Shown here piece after piece: positions 60,351 through 64,000 of a stretch of DNA of 64,000 bases. Every line of letters starts with the position of its first letter. Position 1 is the first letter of the stretch. The notes under the pieces were generated by a model, which made no database searches, had not been told where the DNA came from, and worked only from the letters and a program-made list of their open reading frames with translations. The position numbers and the translations under genes are program-made. The DNA is from Spirochaetia bacterium. Its GTDB lineage: Bacteria > Spirochaetota > Spirochaetia > SZUA-6 > Bin103. The stretch lies in NCBI GenBank assembly GCA_965203905.1, contig CBDBDQ010000005.1, forward strand, positions 2,176,001 to 2,240,000. The letters run 5' to 3'.

Positions 60351-62621
60351 TCAGGAGTACGCAACCTTCCTTCCGGCGAGGTGCCATCCGGCAATCAGCA
60401 GACTCAGCACCAGGGCGCCGAGGATGGCCGCGGCGATCATTATACCGAAGTGCACCGCGCCGGAGAACGAGGACACCGCCAGCGACAGGAACGCCACCAC
60501 GGAGGTGAGGAAGCTCATGAACATCGGCACCCCGCAGCCGCGCACGATGGCGGAAGCCTGCCCGACTCTGGAATTCTCCTTAACACGGCGCGACCGCACG
60601 CCCGCTGTCACGACCACGTGGCGCAGCGCGTTGAGGGTGTGGATCGTATAGTCCACGGCGAGTCCCAGGGTGATGGCGAGGGCGATCACGGTGTAGTCGT
60701 CGATGCGTACGCCGAATGCGGGTGCCAGACCCGCGACGGCAACCAGCACCGCACCCGCCGGCACCAGGCTGAGCAAGGCCATGCGCAGGTCGCGGAACAC
60801 CGCCAGCACGGTGGCGAAGATCAGCACGGCGCTGCCGGCGAGGGCGCTCAGCCAGTTGCGGCGCAGGCGTTCGCCGTGGGCCAGCAGCTCCCGCGCCGGT
60901 CCGGTGAGTGTGACTTGCCAGGCCCCCGGCAACTGTGCGCGGATGCCTTGCACGGCGTGTTGCAGCGCACCGAGGGTGGCGAAGTCGCGGTAGCGCAGAA
61001 TGCCGTGCAGCCGCACCGCTGACAGCCGGTGGTCAATCAGCGCCTCGTAGTCGGCGGGGCTGGCCGAGGCGCTGTAGAACAGCAGGTACTGCGCGATCAC
61101 GCGCGCGAACCGCTCGGGATCGTCGGCCGCGGGCAGCTCCTGCAGGCCCACCTCTCCGGTGTCGAAGTAGCGGTGGATGCGCTGCACCACGGACAACAGC
61201 GAGCGCTGATGACCCACCGCGGGGAGCTCGCCCAGCAGCCGATGGACGGTGCCGAGGTGCGCCAAAGCCGCCGGCTGCAGGAAGGCATCCTGGGTGCCGG
61301 CGTCGATCTCGAGCCCGAACGGCACCGTCCCCGCGAACTCCCGGTTGAAGATCCGCTCCGCCTGCACGATCGTCGATGCGGCGGGAAGCTGGTGCAACGG
61401 GTAGGGCTCCGGCAGCAGCCGGCCGAGCTGCGGCAGCGCCGCTGCGACCGGCAGCAGGAGCAGCACGGTGGCCACCACGCGGTGGCGGCCGAGCAGCAAC
61501 AGGGTCGCGACCAGCAGGCGGTGGATGCGGCGCGCGACCGCGCCCGCGCCGGTGCCCCGGCGGGCGCCGCGGACGCGTCCGGCGAGCGGCATCCACCACA
61601 GCGCCAGCACCAGCGCGGCCAGCGCCCCGACGCTGACCGTGACCGCCACGAACCGGTGCACGGTGCTCCCCAGGCCGCCCAGGGCCAGGAACCCGATCAC
61701 CGTGGTGGCGGCGGTCAACGCCAGCGGCAGGTACAGGTAGGCGCGGGCGGCGCGTGCCGAGCCGTCGCCGCGCCACCCGAGGTGGTAACCCATGTGAATC
61801 GCGTAGTCGCTGAACAGCCCGCCGGCGAACACCGGCGCCAGGATCAACAGCGGGGTGCGCACGCCGGCCAGCAGCACGAACAGGGCGCTGCCGGCGGCGG
61901 CGGCGCTCACCGTGGCGGCCAGGGCCACCAGCACGCCGCGCGCGCCGCCGAAGGTGAGCAGCAGAATCGCCGCCGTGGCGAGGCCCACAATCGGCAACAG
62001 CGCGCGCAGGTCGCGCACCATCAGGCGCCCGGTCAGCTCCAGGATGGGGCGCACCCCGGTAAAGTGCAGGGTCACGCCGTACTGTTCCGCCAGGGTCCGC
62101 TGCAGCCGTTCCAGGCGCTGCACCATCACCGCCGGCGCAAGTCTCGACCCCAGCTCCAGGTAGAACGCGGCGGTGCGGAAGTCGGCGCTCCAGTACGGAT
62201 GGATCTCCGGGAACCGGTCGTAGGATTGGCGCAGCTTCGCGGCGACTCCGGCATCGTACGATTCCAGCAGCGCCGCCGGTACGAACGGGCGCACCACGAT
62301 GTCGAACTCGGAGGCGTGCACCACGGTGGCGCGCAACGGGGAGGAATAGCCGCGCAGCCCCTCCATGGCGCGGAAGAAGGCGTCCACCTCGGCGACGATG
62401 GGCAGGTTGTCCTGATCCAGGCCGTCACCGGGACGGGCGCCGAACTGCACGGCGACGGCGACCACGTTGTCCGCCTGGGACGGCAGCGAGGTCAGATCGG
62501 CCGGTGTGCCGCCGGGTCCGGTGGCGGCGGCGGGGCGCCACAGCGTCGCCAGCAGCACCAGCGCGGCGGCGACCATGGGGACCGCCGCCAGCAGCGTGCG
62601 GCGTCCCGCAAGCAGCCTCAC
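60351..62621 (-). CDS. MMPL/RND-family transporter
   Basis: Two TM bundles with SDYAIH and GLAVDYTIH motifs, TT..GF, periplasmic FNREFAGT. Confidence 0.82.
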   Translation of the reverse strand: MRLLAGRRTLLAAVPMVAAALVLLATLWRPAAATGPGGTPADLTSLPSQADNVVAVAVQFGARPGDGLDQDNLPIVAEVDAFFRAMEGLRGYSSPLRATVVHASEFDIVVRPFVPAALLESYDAGVAAKLRQSYDRFPEIHPYWSADFRTAAFYLELGSRLAPAVMVQRLERLQRTLAEQYGVTLHFTGVRPILELTGRLMVRDLRALLPIVGLATAAILLLTFGGARGVLVALAATVSAAAAGSALFVLLAGVRTPLLILAPVFAGGLFSDYAIHMGYHLGWRGDGSARAARAYLYLPLALTAATTVIGFLALGGLGSTVHRFVAVTVSVGALAALVLALWWMPLAGRVRGARRGTGAGAVARRIHRLLVATLLLLGRHRVVATVLLLLPVAAALPQLGRLLPEPYPLHQLPAASTIVQAERIFNREFAGTVPFGLEIDAGTQDAFLQPAALAHLGTVHRLLGELPAVGHQRSLLSVVQRIHRYFDTGEVGLQELPAADDPERFARVIAQYLLFYSASASPADYEALIDHRLSAVRLHGILRYRDFATLGALQHAVQGIRAQLPGAWQVTLTGPARELLAHGERLRRNWLSALAGSAVLIFATVLAVFRDLRMALLSLVPAGAVLVAVAGLAPAFGVRIDDYTVIALAITLGLAVDYTIHTLNALRHVVVTAGVRSRRVKENSRVGQASAIVRGCGVPMFMSFLTSVVAFLSLAVSSFSGAVHFGIMIAAAILGALVLSLLIAGWHLAGRKVAYS

Positions 62622-62672
62622 CTCGTCCCGACCGCGGCTACCGGCGAACGGCGATGGCGCGCCTTCGGCTGT

Positions 62673-63515
62673 TCAGGCCGGCCAGAGCTGGGCGCCGCCG
62701 TCGACCCGGAGCACCTGCCCGGAGATGTAGGAGGAGCCGCCGGTGACCAGGAACTCCACGGTGCGCGCGACCTCGATCGGCCAGCCGTACCGGGTCAGGG
62801 TGCCGTCCTCCACCCGGCGCGAGTCGTCCGGCACGCGGCTGGCCAGGAACCGCGGGGTGACGATCTCGCCCGGTGCGATGGCGTTCACGTGCACGTTGTG
62901 GGGACGGAGTTGGGCCGCCAGGCAGCGCGTGTACTCGTGCACCGCCGCCTTGGCCATGCCGTAGATCACCTCCCCCGGATGTCCATGCAGGCCGGAGATG
63001 CTGCCGATGTTCACGATCCACCCCTGGTTGCGGCGCACCATCTCCGGGGCCACCTCGCGGCACGGCAGCAGGCAGGTCATCACGTTGCGGTCGAGCACGG
63101 TACGGATGTCGGCCAGCGCTACCCCGATGGCGTCGTTCGCCGCCGGCTTGCCGGCATTGGCACCCATGGTGCCCTGGGAGCCGATGTCACCGCCGGCATT
63201 GTTGACCAGGATGTCGATCTGCCCGAAACGGGCGCGAATCTGCCGGCACAGCTCTTTGACCGTAGGCTCGTCGGTCAAGTCTCCGTGGACCGCGAACACC
63301 TCGCCGGGGACGCCCTCCGCCATCTCCGCGGCGACCGCCTGCAGCGAGTCGGCCTCGCCGAAGGCGCGGGTCGATGTGGGAGTGGTGCCGTGGATCGCCA
63401 CCCGCGCGCCCTGGCTCGCCAGGTGGCCGGCCACGACCCGTCCGATGCCACGGGATGAGCCGGTTACCCAGGCAACCCTGCCGTCCAGCCGGCCGGCGCT
63501 TTCCCGGTCACTCAT
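62673..63515 (-). CDS. Short-chain dehydrogenase/reductase
   Basis: TGSSRGIG, NNAG, YGMAK, VNAIAPG, SGQVLRVDGG. Confidence 0.92.
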   Translation of the reverse strand: MSDRESAGRLDGRVAWVTGSSRGIGRVVAGHLASQGARVAIHGTTPTSTRAFGEADSLQAVAAEMAEGVPGEVFAVHGDLTDEPTVKELCRQIRARFGQIDILVNNAGGDIGSQGTMGANAGKPAANDAIGVALADIRTVLDRNVMTCLLPCREVAPEMVRRNQGWIVNIGSISGLHGHPGEVIYGMAKAAVHEYTRCLAAQLRPHNVHVNAIAPGEIVTPRFLASRVPDDSRRVEDGTLTRYGWPIEVARTVEFLVTGGSSYISGQVLRVDGGAQLWPA

Positions 63516-63585
63516 CGTCCGTTCTCTTCTGATTGCCAAGCATGCGCGAACCTTAAAGCTGCCCCGGACCGCGTGTCTATCGCTC

Positions 63586-64000
63586 TTACCGCACCCAGGT
63601 GATCAGAGGCAGCAGGCGGCCCGCCAGCCGCATCAGGTGCGAGAACACCGGGACACCGAGAAAGCTGATCACTATCAGACCGAGCAGCGCGTAGGAACCG
63701 AAGCGGGCGTTGTAGTAGCGGTAGCGCTGCGCGACGCCGGCCGGCAGCAGGTGGGGCAGGATGTAGTGCCCGTCGAGCGGCCCCAGCGGGATCAGGTTGA
63801 ACAACATCAGCAGCAGGTTGACCTGCACCAGCAGGACGAAGAAGGTGACCACGCCGGGGACGAAGAACAGGTCCGCACCGGCGGCGCGCAGCAGCAGGAA
63901 GAAGTTCCAGGTAACCGTGGCGAGCAGCAGGTTGCCGGCGGGCCCGGCGGCAGCGACCCAGAGGTCGGCGCGCGGCGAACGGAACCGGCGCGGATCGGTC
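63586..64000 (-). CDS. Site-2 protease (M50) family, 5' partial
   Basis: VAAAGPAGN and FNLIPLGPLDG motifs. Confidence 0.85.
   Translation of the reverse strand, partial: TDPRRFRSPRADLWVAAAGPAGNLLLATVTWNFFLLLRAAGADLFFVPGVVTFFVLLVQVNLLLMLFNLIPLGPLDGHYILPHLLPAGVAQRYRYYNARFGSYALLGLIVISFLGVPVFSHLMRLAGRLLPLITWVR

Overview
High-GC bacterial chromosomal window of about 50 genes. The lineage is uncertain; the TrkA insertion, the MMPL/LolA-like locus and the ankyrin gene loosely suggest a host-associated spirochaete, which is inference only. The backbone is housekeeping and catabolic: ileS, polB, nfo, menH-menB, trkA, an Fpg/Nei glycosylase, GH32, GH4, an FGGY kinase, a GldAFG-like ABC system with DUF4340, MATE plus tandem Eis-like GNATs, a heterodimeric ABC exporter and an MMPL/beta-barrel/LolA-like cluster. 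About seven short lower-GC islets of defence or toxin-antitoxin cargo interrupt it, and most of that cargo is decayed (NDT-like effector, ParA, RecG-C-like, PIN, YaaC-like, two AAA+DUF3226 copies). Main result: two divergent, intact NYN ribonuclease genes each sit behind the same architecture of sigma70 promoter, short multi-hairpin leader RNA, intrinsic terminator, then ORF. This resembles an RNA-antitoxin (type III TA-like) or attenuator system. Other highlights are a 23-aa type I toxin-like peptide, an IleRS with GVHH/EMHKS signature motifs, a GH32 with altered catalytic motifs, and widespread leaderless gene starts. No rRNA, tRNA or CRISPR array was recognised.
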